Virus record (IMG/VR): IMGVR_UViG_3300045988_117970
Reading direction: 5' to 3' (one strand)
DNA: 59,297 nt
Source: a virus
How positions within the stretch are numbered: position 1 is the first letter of the stretch; every line of letters starts with the position of its first letter. Below the pieces are notes generated by a model that saw only the letters and a list, made by a program, of their open reading frames with translations, made no database searches and was not told the origin of the DNA. Both the position numbers and the translations under genes were made by a program. Positions 1 through 8,942 of the stretch are shown here, piece by piece.

Positions 1-99
1 ATTTTTTTGCTCTAGCTGTTCTGCCTCGTTTACAATTTCAATCGCTCTGTCGATTGCAACTTTTTCACCCATTTCTCCAGTTTCACATTGTGAAGTATA
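1..99. repeat. Terminal direct repeat, copy A (assembly overlap of a circular molecule)
   Basis: Bases 1-99 are identical to 59199-59297. Confidence 0.95.
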
Positions 100-345
100 T
101 TTGCACAATAAACATGACATATTCTTGCAAATATCTTCCTCTTTCAGTTCTTCTAATTGGTCTATAATCTTATCAGTATCAAATGCTGTTGGCTGTTCTT
201 CTACTGCTTTCATGCAACACTGAATCGCAGAATATACTGCGCTTGATATTCTTCTTTCACCTGCACTTTCTCTTTCGTCCGGTGCTTCTGTCAGTGCATA
301 ATCGTTCAAATGCAAAATTAGTTTGTCCGCATCAATCAGTCGCAT
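1..345 (-). CDS. 5' part of a wrap-around gene (continues at 59198-58974): DUF551-like phage protein, 189 aa after circularisation
   Basis: ATG at 345-343. The frame is open to base 1 and in frame with the MGEKVAIDRAIE ORF at the other window end. N-terminus MRLIDADKLILHLNDY. Confidence 0.7.
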   Translation of the reverse strand, partial: MRLIDADKLILHLNDYALTEAPDERESAGERRISSAVYSAIQCCMKAVEEQPTAFDTDKIIDQLEELKEEDICKNMSCLLCKYTSQCETGEMGEKVAIDRAIEIVNEAEQLEQKN

Positions 346-1082
346 AATGTTCCCCCTTCTCCAACAATCGGCATACCATCCATCTTATAAATCCATTCAG
401 GATGTCCCTGTTCTTCATTCAGTTCGTCGCAAATCTTCTGACACTCTTCCTTGTTATCAAATAAGGCATTTTCAATTCCTTCCTCTTTATGCCGTTTTAA
501 TTTCCCCATTGCCTTTTTACTATTTCCGTCACATATCGTGAGATATCCATCTGAAATAGTATAATATTTTCCTCCATCGGAAGAAGTACATTCTTTATAC
601 CACCCCATCAGCCCATTCCTATCAGAAATTTCATACAATGCACGTGGAGCCGGGTAAAACAACCGTCGGCTTTTTGTATTGCACTTGCAGCTATCTTCAA
701 CCACTCTCCCAGACGGAAGTGTTATCTTTATGTGTCTGGAATCATCGCACATATCGCATTTCACTCCATATGCCAATTTCCAGTCCACTTTCCAGCGTAT
801 TACTTTGTGATCTTTCATCAGTTCACTAAATCTGGCTGTTCTTGCATTATATTCTGCGTTTGCAATAATCCGGTCACATTCTGATTTTTTTCTTTCATAA
901 TCTCTCTTTACACTCTCGAAATGTTCCTTGATCCCCTGAAGCTTTTTATTTTCCTCCTGCAACCGGTTCATTTCTTCCAGAACTTCTTTTCTTATCGAGC
1001 TACGAATCGCTGATTGCAACGCTTCAATTTCATCTGCATATTGGCTGCTTTCGTAAAATTCCTGATCTTCCCAATCGTACAT
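336..1082 (-). CDS. Hypothetical phage protein (coiled-coil N-half, Cys-containing C-half)
   Basis: 248-aa ORF. Its stop overlaps the next gene's start. Confidence 0.6.
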   Translation of the reverse strand: MYDWEDQEFYESSQYADEIEALQSAIRSSIRKEVLEEMNRLQEENKKLQGIKEHFESVKRDYERKKSECDRIIANAEYNARTARFSELMKDHKVIRWKVDWKLAYGVKCDMCDDSRHIKITLPSGRVVEDSCKCNTKSRRLFYPAPRALYEISDRNGLMGWYKECTSSDGGKYYTISDGYLTICDGNSKKAMGKLKRHKEEGIENALFDNKEECQKICDELNEEQGHPEWIYKMDGMPIVGEGGTLCD

Positions 1083-1095
1083 ACAGTCTTTCCTC

Positions 1096-2121
1096 CTATG
1101 CTAAAAAATCCGTTATATTCATTTGTCCGTTCTGTTCCCACGTTTCTGTCTCTATTCCGCATGTTTCCAATGCATCCTGATATCTTACTCCATTATTTTT
1201 CAGTTCCATGCAGATCTGATAATGTCGCGGGTGTGCCATTGCCATACGCTGGAATCTGTTGGGACATTTTTCCATATGTGCGCCAAAAGCACAGAACATA
1301 CAGCCAGTACGCTGTTCGCCTGTGGTGTAGTATATGCCGCTTGGTGTTTGCTTTATATCGCCATATACAGAACATATCTCAACATCATTTTCCACTATGT
1401 ATCTAAGTACGTCCTGCCTTGTCCATGGACCGAGGGGCTGGCTCTTGATTGTTTTTCCATCATATACATTGCAGCCAGTATGAGCATATTGGTGTTCACG
1501 TCTGAAACCCTCGTCCTGTGTTGTCCCTATATATGGCACCCGCCCGGTTCTTTTCACATAATCTTTAAATGGTCCTTTCTTGGTAATGTCACAGCACTGT
1601 TCACTGATATCAAATTTGGTATCCAGCAAAAATCTCCACTTTTTAGGGAGCATACCGAACTTTCCTCTTTCATCGCCATTCAGCAAATAGTTTCTGTATC
1701 TGTCTGATAGATTCCCATGCCGCAGTTTTCTTATCTTTGGCGCGGTCTCTTTGCTGATTAAAGGAAATCCGTATTTCTCAACTACCTGTTTAAATGTAAC
1801 TCTGCTTCCATCTTTCCATTTGGGATAGATTTCGACAAATTCTCCGCTGGCCCGACGTGCAAATCTTACTATCTCAGGAAATTCCAAACCAGTATTTGAG
1901 AATACTGCCGGAACTTCCTGCCCAACGGTTTTTCTTATCATATGCAGTAATGCTGTGCTGTCCAAACCGCCAGAATAGCTCAAATACACTTGACCGCCCC
2001 AGTTGTCATACCATTCCTCAATGCGCTTTCGTGAGAGACGCAACTTAGTTTCATATGGCAGGTATTTTCTCTGCGCAAACTGCCAATCATTTAATTTCAA
2101 ATCATCTTCCTGTATGAACAT
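1096..2121 (-). CDS. PAPS-reductase / PP-loop ATP-pyrophosphatase family protein (DndC/IbrA-like)
   Basis: SYSGGLDS PP-loop motif; C-terminal Cys cluster (TGCMFCAFG); 341 aa. Confidence 0.75.
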   Translation of the reverse strand: MFIQEDDLKLNDWQFAQRKYLPYETKLRLSRKRIEEWYDNWGGQVYLSYSGGLDSTALLHMIRKTVGQEVPAVFSNTGLEFPEIVRFARRASGEFVEIYPKWKDGSRVTFKQVVEKYGFPLISKETAPKIRKLRHGNLSDRYRNYLLNGDERGKFGMLPKKWRFLLDTKFDISEQCCDITKKGPFKDYVKRTGRVPYIGTTQDEGFRREHQYAHTGCNVYDGKTIKSQPLGPWTRQDVLRYIVENDVEICSVYGDIKQTPSGIYYTTGEQRTGCMFCAFGAHMEKCPNRFQRMAMAHPRHYQICMELKNNGVRYQDALETCGIETETWEQNGQMNITDFLA

Positions 2122-2131
2122 AGTTCAATCT

Positions 2132-2485
2132 CTATTCCTCCCATTTTTTCATAAGCTGTTGCACAAATTCCTTTATTTTCTGCTTGTCTTCATTATCGAT
2201 TGTATCAATATATTCGTCTTCAAAAACTTCCTGCAAGAAATCTCTGGCTGATTTCTCTCTTATTTCAGCATTGTTTTGGTATTCCAATGCTTTAGAATAA
2301 TCGTCCTGCAAGTCTATAACTGCTTTCATGCCACGTCGTAATGATATGCTCAAAGCTCTGTATCCAAGCCCCAGCTCATCTAAATATGGCTTGTCTTTTT
2401 CGCCATGTCGGTCTACAATATTCGCAATGTCCAGACAAATCTTCACAAGGTAGTTTATTTCTTCTGTCGTGCATTTCTTTCTCAT
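2132..2485 (-). CDS. Hypothetical helical protein
   Basis: ORF with an AGGTGAG RBS before the ATG at 2485. The track start at 2500 would overlap the upstream stop. Confidence 0.55.
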   Translation of the reverse strand: MRKKCTTEEINYLVKICLDIANIVDRHGEKDKPYLDELGLGYRALSISLRRGMKAVIDLQDDYSKALEYQNNAEIREKSARDFLQEVFEDEYIDTIDNEDKQKIKEFVQQLMKKWEE

Positions 2486-2493
2486 GTTCTCAC

Positions 2494-2760
2494 CTACCAC
2501 TCAATATGCTCTGTTCTCTGCCATACACCGTCGATATATCCGGTAGGTTTGATTCTGTATCCGTAGCTTTCAAATCTTTCTCTAACCTCCTTGTAAAAAG
2601 GAGCTTCAGAGTAGCTGTCTTTTGAACAGGCAAAATAGCATTCGTGCAGTCCCTGTTCTGAAGCTCGCCGTATATTCCTGTTGACATTTTCAATAATTTT
2701 GCTAACTTTCTCCGCTCTGTCATTTCTCATATTTTTTGTAATCATCATTGGTTCTGTCAT
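2494..2760 (-). CDS. Hypothetical protein
   Basis: 88-aa ORF; ATGA start/stop overlap with the upstream small ORF. Confidence 0.6.
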   Translation of the reverse strand: MTEPMMITKNMRNDRAEKVSKIIENVNRNIRRASEQGLHECYFACSKDSYSEAPFYKEVRERFESYGYRIKPTGYIDGVWQRTEHIEW

Positions 2761-2930
2761 GTTTCATTCTCCTTTTCAATTTCTGGTACCCAATAATAAG
2801 GGCAGCTCTCCGCATATTCGTGTTCGTCTTTTTCTCCGCACTGAGCATTGCAACTCTCATTCTCCGGGCAGCATATGCAGCAATCATCATGTCCGCAAAA
2901 CTCCGATGGTAAAGCACATTTTCCTATCAT
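2757..2930 (-). CDS. Small Cys-rich protein (57 aa, below the track cutoff)
   Basis: Hand-translated MIGKCALPSEFCGHDDCCICCPENESCNAQCGEK... ATGA overlaps with both neighbours. It fills the gap better than track ORF 2720-2917. Confidence 0.55.
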   Translation of the reverse strand: MIGKCALPSEFCGHDDCCICCPENESCNAQCGEKDEHEYAESCPYYWVPEIEKENET

Positions 2931-3166
2931 TTCTTTGTCTCACTTTCTGGATCAATTTCTATTGCATAATCAAAGAGCCAGCGAAACGCTTCCAAAATCG
3001 TATCCTTGGTGATGCCATTATGTGTTGGCATGTCCAGTACAGCCCAAATCGCCCGAAGTTTTTCGTCCTCGCTGTACTTGTCACTCTTGATCTGCTGGAA
3101 AACAGCACACGCCTTCCCTATGGTTATTCCATATTCTTGTATATCTCTTTTTTCGCTCTCATTCAT
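2927..3166 (-). CDS. Hypothetical protein
   Basis: 79-aa ORF in the operon context. Confidence 0.6.
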   Translation of the reverse strand: MNESEKRDIQEYGITIGKACAVFQQIKSDKYSEDEKLRAIWAVLDMPTHNGITKDTILEAFRWLFDYAIEIDPESETKK

Positions 3167-3168
3167 TT

Positions 3169-3960
3169 TTATTCCTCCATAATCTCATTTGCTCTATCGC
3201 TTTGATTTCTGTCAATATAATATCCGTACAGAAAGTTCTGCTGTGCTTTCGTGTAGCGTTTCGTTGGGTCTTTAGTCGGAATAGCGATGCCCTGCGCTGG
3301 GTTATGAAGCAGCACCCAGCCTCTCTGCGTCAAATAATCTCCTGAATTATAAATCTCGTTTTCCAGCCATTCATCATCAGTCATATGCTCGCGCATATAA
3401 TCATCAGCCCATTTGGTATGCTCTCCCCACTCCACTTCATGGAATGTACCGTCTGGCTCCAACCAACCATAGTCAGCCGTTTCGTGTGATTCATTGTCAG
3501 CAGCTCTGTCCAAAAATTCTCGCAGAATTGTTGGCATCATTTCTTCTGGTGCTTCGCCTATTGATTGCAGGAAATTATTTCTCTGAGAATAATACATTGC
3601 TTCCAATGCTGCAGAATATTTTCCCTTATAAGCAGCCACCTGATCTTCCAGAAGTTTATTTTTCTTCATAATTTCCGCAATTTTTCCAAGCATATCCCAA
3701 TCGCTAGGTTCTTCCCCTGCTGGAAAAATAGCAAGGCACCATGAACCATCTCTGGGATTTCCTCTAAATTCCGCCCTTCCAAGCAGCACATCTTCTGCCT
3801 GTCTGTCGATTTCTGCCTCTGTCTGATCTGTTCCGCACATAAATCCACGCATAATTTCGATCATGTGTTTCGGATCTTTTCCCTCAGAAAATACCTGTTC
3901 CCGTACAAATGCAGTCAACCATGCGCCCTCTATGCCAAACCTTAAAGTTTTACCTTCCAT
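3169..3960 (-). CDS. Hypothetical phage protein
   Basis: 263-aa ORF, tightly packed with its neighbours. Confidence 0.6.
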   Translation of the reverse strand: MEGKTLRFGIEGAWLTAFVREQVFSEGKDPKHMIEIMRGFMCGTDQTEAEIDRQAEDVLLGRAEFRGNPRDGSWCLAIFPAGEEPSDWDMLGKIAEIMKKNKLLEDQVAAYKGKYSAALEAMYYSQRNNFLQSIGEAPEEMMPTILREFLDRAADNESHETADYGWLEPDGTFHEVEWGEHTKWADDYMREHMTDDEWLENEIYNSGDYLTQRGWVLLHNPAQGIAIPTKDPTKRYTKAQQNFLYGYYIDRNQSDRANEIMEE

Positions 3961-4219
3961 CCTTGTTGCCCCCTGTCTTTCCCTCTAAAATGTCAGCTAC
4001 CTTATCCAGCCATTCGCAGCCATCATCAATACAAGTCTCGTATTTATTCTGATAATATGGACAGCCGATCCAGTTATTTTCCTTGTTTGCTTCTCCACAG
4101 CACATGTATGCAGCTTTCACGTCGAATCTGTTTTTGTAGTTATATACATCAGCATAGCAGTCTCCCATACAACTCTGGCTTCCAAGACACCGCAGGGCTT
4201 TTATCATTTCTTTGTCCAT
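3950..4219 (-). CDS. Small Cys-rich hypothetical protein
   Basis: GGAGG RBS before the ATG at 4219 (MDKEMIKALRCLG...). The longer track start overlaps the upstream gene. Confidence 0.55.
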   Translation of the reverse strand: MDKEMIKALRCLGSQSCMGDCYADVYNYKNRFDVKAAYMCCGEANKENNWIGCPYYQNKYETCIDDGCEWLDKVADILEGKTGGNKDGR

Positions 4220-4220
4220 G

Positions 4221-4898
4221 CTATGCCTCCAGTCTTTTTGTCGGATCAAATTTCTTTCCATCCGTGTACCCAATGCCAAAAGCGTTAGTGTCAAGTTTGC
4301 TGCCAGCATTTTTGTTGAAGTTTTCGGTTCTGAAATCTTTCACATGCTCTACAACTTCCTGAGGCATAACCATTACCAGTCCCCAGCCTTTTTCCTCATT
4401 CTCTTCCTGCTGCTTTTCAAAAGCTTCCTGCACGCCGATCATAAATCCATATCCATAACCATCGCACAGCTTCTTTCGGTACTGAGCGTTATAGCAGCTA
4501 TTTTCTTTCTTGATTTCTTTCAGTTTTGATTCCACACAGTTCACAGCATATCGGAACACCTGCTCGCAGATCTGCACATCTTCCTCAAATCCAACGAACC
4601 CTATTGTTCTGAGCTGCTTTCCGCTGTATTTGTTATTAAAGGCTTTACAACAATAGTTTTCTCCGATAACTGTACTCAGCGGAATGATCCAAGGATTATA
4701 TCTTGTGCTGGCCTGCATACCTTCCAGCAGAACTTCTTTTACTTCTTTCTTTCCTACGTCCTTCACGTCCATCTCGGAAAGTTTGTGTTCTGCCATCAGC
4801 TCTTTTGCTTTCAGCAGTGCTGCCTTGGCTTCATGCTCATTCGGGCTTTCCGCCAGTGCCAACAGTTTCTTAATCTTCTCTCTGTAATCTTTCTCCAT
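4221..4898 (-). CDS. DUF2786-like domain protein
   Basis: N-terminal KIKKLLALAESPNEHEAKAALLKAKELMAEH motif. Confidence 0.65.
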   Translation of the reverse strand: MEKDYREKIKKLLALAESPNEHEAKAALLKAKELMAEHKLSEMDVKDVGKKEVKEVLLEGMQASTRYNPWIIPLSTVIGENYCCKAFNNKYSGKQLRTIGFVGFEEDVQICEQVFRYAVNCVESKLKEIKKENSCYNAQYRKKLCDGYGYGFMIGVQEAFEKQQEENEEKGWGLVMVMPQEVVEHVKDFRTENFNKNAGSKLDTNAFGIGYTDGKKFDPTKRLEA

Positions 4899-4912
4899 GC
4901 TCGTTCCCTCTC

Positions 4913-5212
4913 TTAAAGCATCCCAGCCAGTTCGCTTGCAACAAAATCCTCAAGCTGGTAACAATACTCTTCCAGATACTCATTTCTGGCTTCTTTATCT
5001 TTCCAGTTTTCTCTTGAAAGTCCAATGCTGTCGATCAGCAGGTAGCCGCTTTCATCAATGTCCCATAAAGGCTTACCGAATTTTGCAATCCATTCCTCAT
5101 TATCTTTCTTTTCCTGTGCTTTTGCCTTGGACACATACTCTACGATTGCATGTTCGTAATCATATCTGAAGCACTTACCGTTATACTTGTAGATACCAGA
5201 TTTCTTTCTCAT
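4913..5212 (-). CDS. Hypothetical protein (first gene after early promoter P1)
   Basis: 99-aa ORF with a GGAGGG RBS. Confidence 0.6.
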   Translation of the reverse strand: MRKKSGIYKYNGKCFRYDYEHAIVEYVSKAKAQEKKDNEEWIAKFGKPLWDIDESGYLLIDSIGLSRENWKDKEARNEYLEEYCYQLEDFVASELAGML

Positions 5213-5244
5213 GCCTTGTACCCTCCTTTGTTTTATCTGTCTCT

Positions 5245-5273
5245 ACTCTAGCATACATATGTAAGTTTGTAAA
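5245..5273 (-). promoter_or_regulatory. Early promoter P1 with an operator in the spacer
   Basis: Minus strand TTTACA (5273-5268), 17-nt spacer, TAGAGT (5250-5245). Operator ATACATATGTAA at 5253-5264. Part of a cassette repeated three times. Confidence 0.6.
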
Positions 5274-5318
5274 TAGATAAAACGCATTTTTGTAAGTTAT
5301 TTGTCAACATTTGTGAGT

Positions 5319-5349
5319 AAATCAAAAGCCGCTGCATACACAACGGCTC
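5319..5349 (-). terminator. Possible intrinsic terminator after ssb
   Basis: Minus strand AGCCG...CGGCT hairpin followed by TTTTGATTT. The stem is short. Confidence 0.4.
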
Positions 5350-5363
5350 TGGTTTCTTCGTGT

Positions 5364-5810
5364 TTAATTAAAAGGCAATTCTTCATCAATTCCATCCGGG
5401 ATCTGCATAAATCCATCCTTATCAGTTGGCATTGATGGCGGTGGCTGCTGCCGGCTTCCGGCACTGGTCTGCGAATTATTCTGGCTCGCTGTTTTGCTCT
5501 CTGCAAACTCCTGATCTTCCACAACAATCTCTGTCGTATATACCTTTTGTCCTTCCCGATTGGTGTAGCTTCCAGTCTGGATTCTACCTGTGACTACGAC
5601 TTTGGTTCCCTGTCTCAGATACTTTTCCGCAAATTCTCCGCCTTTTCCAAACGCAACACAGGCAATGAAGTCCGCAGACGCTTCATTGTCCTTATGAAAT
5701 CTTCGATCAACCGCCAAAGTATATCTCGCTATCGCAAGCGCATTTTCGCCAGAAGAATACCGGACCTCTGGATCTCTGGTAAGTCGTCCCATCAAAATAA
5801 CTTTATTCAT
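5364..5810 (-). CDS. ssb: Single-stranded DNA-binding protein
   Basis: MNKVILMGRLTRDPEVRY OB-fold N-terminus; acidic C-terminal tail DGIDEELPF. Confidence 0.9.
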   Translation of the reverse strand: MNKVILMGRLTRDPEVRYSSGENALAIARYTLAVDRRFHKDNEASADFIACVAFGKGGEFAEKYLRQGTKVVVTGRIQTGSYTNREGQKVYTTEIVVEDQEFAESKTASQNNSQTSAGSRQQPPPSMPTDKDGFMQIPDGIDEELPFN

Positions 5811-5847
5811 CTTCGCAATTCCTCCTGTTAAAATCTTCTTTCGTCCA

Positions 5848-6072
5848 TCAGATCTGTTCGATCACGCTATTTGCGTCGTCCAGATAGCCACTGGCCTCTT
5901 CCAGCATTTCTATGTAATTCTGCATTTCTTCTCCCTTGTCACCATCTCGGAAATTATCTGGAAGATTGTCATAGCTTTCCTCTTCCTCAGATTTTACCTC
6001 TTCCAAAATATCCATTGCTTCCGTTACCAGATCAAATGCTTTACCTAATCTCTTTCTTCTCTGCTTATTCAC
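5848..6072 (-). CDS. Small acidic hypothetical protein
   Basis: GTG start at 6072 with a GGAGG RBS; GTGA overlap with the upstream stop. Confidence 0.55.
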   Translation of the reverse strand: MNKQRRKRLGKAFDLVTEAMDILEEVKSEEEESYDNLPDNFRDGDKGEEMQNYIEMLEEASGYLDDANSVIEQI

Positions 6073-6455
6073 TTTTCTGCCTCCACATACGGTTCCGGCA
6101 ATTCTCGCCATGCAACTACCTCATAGTCTCTCACAGGATAGCTCTGCGTGCCAATATCATAAGTCTTCAGGAACCAGCACCCATTATCCTGCGATCCCAG
6201 AATATAGGTTTCGACTCCTGCAATGGTCTTGTCTCTGACCCAGCATAAAACCGTCTTAAATTTCTCTGGTAGCTTATCTTTTGTCGCAATCCACCCGGAA
6301 AGATTTAGATTTGTGAGAATTGCTCTTATCTTTTCATTTTCCTGTTCATCTCTGCAATGAATTGTAATGTCCCAAGTATCGTCGTATTTCTCCCATTCCC
6401 CGGCTTCATTGCATACCAATTTGATTCCATCACACATACCAACCACCTCACTCAA
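6069..6455 (-). CDS. DUF551-like protein (paralog of the wrap-around gene's C-terminus)
   Basis: C-terminal WIATKDKLPE...VVAWRELPEPY pattern. Confidence 0.6.
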   Translation of the reverse strand: MSEVVGMCDGIKLVCNEAGEWEKYDDTWDITIHCRDEQENEKIRAILTNLNLSGWIATKDKLPEKFKTVLCWVRDKTIAGVETYILGSQDNGCWFLKTYDIGTQSYPVRDYEVVAWRELPEPYVEAEK

Positions 6456-6858
6456 AGTACATATCCACTCGGAATTTCCAACAATGCAGGAACATCATTT
6501 TGAATCGCTCCAGCATATTGTACGGTTTCATGTCACCATAGTTATGTCCCGGCATATCCATTTTCAGATCTTTAATTGCCTTATAGATTCTTTTGCATTC
6601 CTTCGGTGTCAGTTTTCCGTCACAGTCCGAATGAAACAGCAATATGTCTAAATCCGGATTGCACAGCTCATTGTATCTTGCAATTTCCGTATCTGTTAAT
6701 TTCGGATAAAGCGGCATCGCTGATTTGAAATATTTTTCATATATCTCTCCCATTTCTTGATTGTATGCTGTTGCCAATTTCATAAGAAATACGCCATATG
6801 TAATATATCCGCAATTATAAGTATCTCGCATTCCCGGAATTCTGATTGTCAGTCCCAT
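6448..6858 (-). CDS. Hypothetical protein
   Basis: 136-aa ORF containing LLFHSDCDGKLTPKEC. I could not assign a family. Confidence 0.55.
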   Translation of the reverse strand: MGLTIRIPGMRDTYNCGYITYGVFLMKLATAYNQEMGEIYEKYFKSAMPLYPKLTDTEIARYNELCNPDLDILLFHSDCDGKLTPKECKRIYKAIKDLKMDMPGHNYGDMKPYNMLERFKMMFLHCWKFRVDMYFE

Positions 6859-6859
6859 G

Positions 6860-7582
6860 CTATGCCTCCTCTCGCAGCCATTTCAGTAAATCGCCATAGC
6901 TATCATGGATTTCCTCTTCTTCATTTCTGTCAATATTGTAAATTGATTTATACGGTTCATCGTCTTTCTCAAAGCAGCACATATTACTCAGCCAGTCCGC
7001 CAGCTCTTCATCTGTCATGGATCTGATTCGGTCGGCATTCGTCTTTACATCCACTTTTCCCAGCGGATCACTTCCGTTTTTCAGATAATCTTCCGCCACC
7101 GCATACGTCATATGACCCTGTGCTGTCATTTTTTCAGTAATGATGTGCATTATATTTTGCCCGACAGTCTCCTCGATCACAATATATTCTTCGCCATTTT
7201 TCTTGACAACAGCAACATCTTCATCTGTGACACCGCACTTCACAAAAAATTCCTGCAGGTCACGATTCAATTCTTTCATACTGCCGCATTTGCTTTTCAT
7301 GTTCACGATGTTTTCTTTTTTTGCCAGATACACCGCATACGCTCCAATATTCTTCTCAATAGTTTTTTCTGCTCCCTGTTTCAATGCACACTCTGTACAC
7401 AATGCAGAAGCCCCCTGTGCCTTTACCACGTCCAGCAGGGGCATTTCCCAGCACTCCCTTCCACAATTAGGACATGTGGTTAACTTCCAACCTTCTCGCC
7501 CCTCTGGGACGTTTCTACGGAGCGGCATACACGCCACCCCGCCTCGGTCATTTTTACTTCTCGGACTTATTTTCAGATCCAT
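6860..7582 (-). CDS. Hypothetical Zn-ribbon-containing protein
   Basis: AAGGAG RBS before the ATG at 7582; CPNCGRECW...CTEC motif. Confidence 0.55.
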   Translation of the reverse strand: MDLKISPRSKNDRGGVACMPLRRNVPEGREGWKLTTCPNCGRECWEMPLLDVVKAQGASALCTECALKQGAEKTIEKNIGAYAVYLAKKENIVNMKSKCGSMKELNRDLQEFFVKCGVTDEDVAVVKKNGEEYIVIEETVGQNIMHIITEKMTAQGHMTYAVAEDYLKNGSDPLGKVDVKTNADRIRSMTDEELADWLSNMCCFEKDDEPYKSIYNIDRNEEEEIHDSYGDLLKWLREEA

Positions 7583-8219
7583 CGTTATCTCCTTTCGTAC
7601 CATTTGCCATCATAAACAGCTCCTTGTAAACATCACGTTCTGCTTCCAGTCGGATAATGCTGGTCTTCAACTTTTCTACATTCTCCTGCGGTGCTTCCGG
7701 CTGCATATCGTCCAGTTTCTTGCAGCAATTCGCAACCTGCTTGCACAACATTTCCAGTTCTTCCGGCACCGTAGATTCGCTGCCCTGTGGAACATATTCT
7801 GGTGCCGGTGCTGTTTCCCGGTCAATTACCAATCCCATAGCTTTTGCAATGCTGGCCTGAATATCTGTAAATTCCTGATCCTTAATGGTTTTTACATAGC
7901 CACTGATTTTGTCATAGTAAACATAAGCCGGTCTGCCAGCGTCTGCATACATTATAGATCTACCAATAATCTTGACATTGTTTTCTCTGTATTTCTTCTC
8001 TCTCAGTAGCAAAGCGGTAGCATAGTCTTCATGGCATTTCAGCAGTAAGAAGTCCTGCGTACCATTTGTGCATTCAACAGTTACGATGTCTTTTTCAAAA
8101 AATTCTCCATTATTCATGGTGGATCCCCCCCCCGTTGGATTTTTCATTGTATTTTTGATTGCCTTATAAGCAGTTTCATCATAATAGCCAGAGCCATTTT
8201 TTCTCAGATCATCAATCAT
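7554..8219 (-). CDS. Hypothetical phage protein containing a G9 tract
   Basis: 221-aa ORF with N-terminal GSGYYDETAYKAIKN motif. C9 on the plus strand at 8125-8133 encodes TGGGS. Confidence 0.6.
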   Translation of the reverse strand: MIDDLRKNGSGYYDETAYKAIKNTMKNPTGGGSTMNNGEFFEKDIVTVECTNGTQDFLLLKCHEDYATALLLREKKYRENNVKIIGRSIMYADAGRPAYVYYDKISGYVKTIKDQEFTDIQASIAKAMGLVIDRETAPAPEYVPQGSESTVPEELEMLCKQVANCCKKLDDMQPEAPQENVEKLKTSIIRLEAERDVYKELFMMANGTKGDNDGSENKSEK

Positions 8220-8900
8220 CTTTCATTTTCTCTTTTCTCAGTTTTTCCATCAGTTCCTCTGCTTTGGTATATGGAATCAGCGGATCATTCTCTGTAAAGT
8301 CTGGTGCAAACTCTTCATATCCTGTCGGTGTACATTCATCATTGGAAACCTCTATGTATCTCGTAGAGCTGCACCAGCTTCCAACCAGATTAAAATTCTC
8401 TCCATTTCTTCTACGGTAATCGCCGCCACCTCTGTCATTTCCCATTGCCAGCAGCAAGCCCAGCGGCGCAACGCTTGAAAGAACAGGTTTCTTTGCTTCG
8501 TCGTCCCACCACACCCATTCAACCGGGCATTTACTCAGATCAATAAACTGTTTCTTACGGTGGTTGTAAATCCTCTTCCAGTCATGGAACTCTGCGTCCA
8601 CTTCCTCTGTAATATCCTTGAAATTCTCTGTGGCATGCCATACACATTATCAGTTCCAAGTTCATCTGCCATTTCCTTATACTCGGCAAACCAGTTTTCA
8701 TTGCTATATTCCAGATCCGCATAATCTCCAACCGCATACACCCTGTCGCCCTTCCAGCTTCCAGCGATCAGGTTCATAAGAGCGCAGGCCATGCCAGCTC
8801 TGCAATACGACCATTCCATCAACTTTGCGCCGCAATCCAGCGGCCAAGACTCTACAAATTCTCTTTTATCAAAATTTACCAGCTTATAATACTGTCCCAT
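8212..8900 (-). pseudogene. Single gene split by a 1-nt frameshift (track ORFs 8535-8942 and 8212-8601)
   Basis: MGQYYKLVNFDKREF... reads sensibly to ...ELGTDNVYG. A second frame opens at 8646 and reads ATENFKDITEEVDAEFHDW...GNDRGGGDYRRR. Confidence 0.55.
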
Positions 8901-8942
8901 AGTTTTCCCCCTTCTTAATTGCGCCCTGCGTGATCTTTGCAA

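Noticed and set aside
2720-2917. Track ORF of 65 aa
   Set aside because: It overlaps gene 2494-2760 by 40 nt and has a basic nonsense-like sequence. The alternative frame (2757-2930) gives a Cys-rich protein with ATGA coupling to both neighbours.
5297-5527. 76-aa minus-strand ORF overlapping the ssb 3' end
   Set aside because: It is out of frame within ssb and extends through the terminator/promoter region. It has no RBS.
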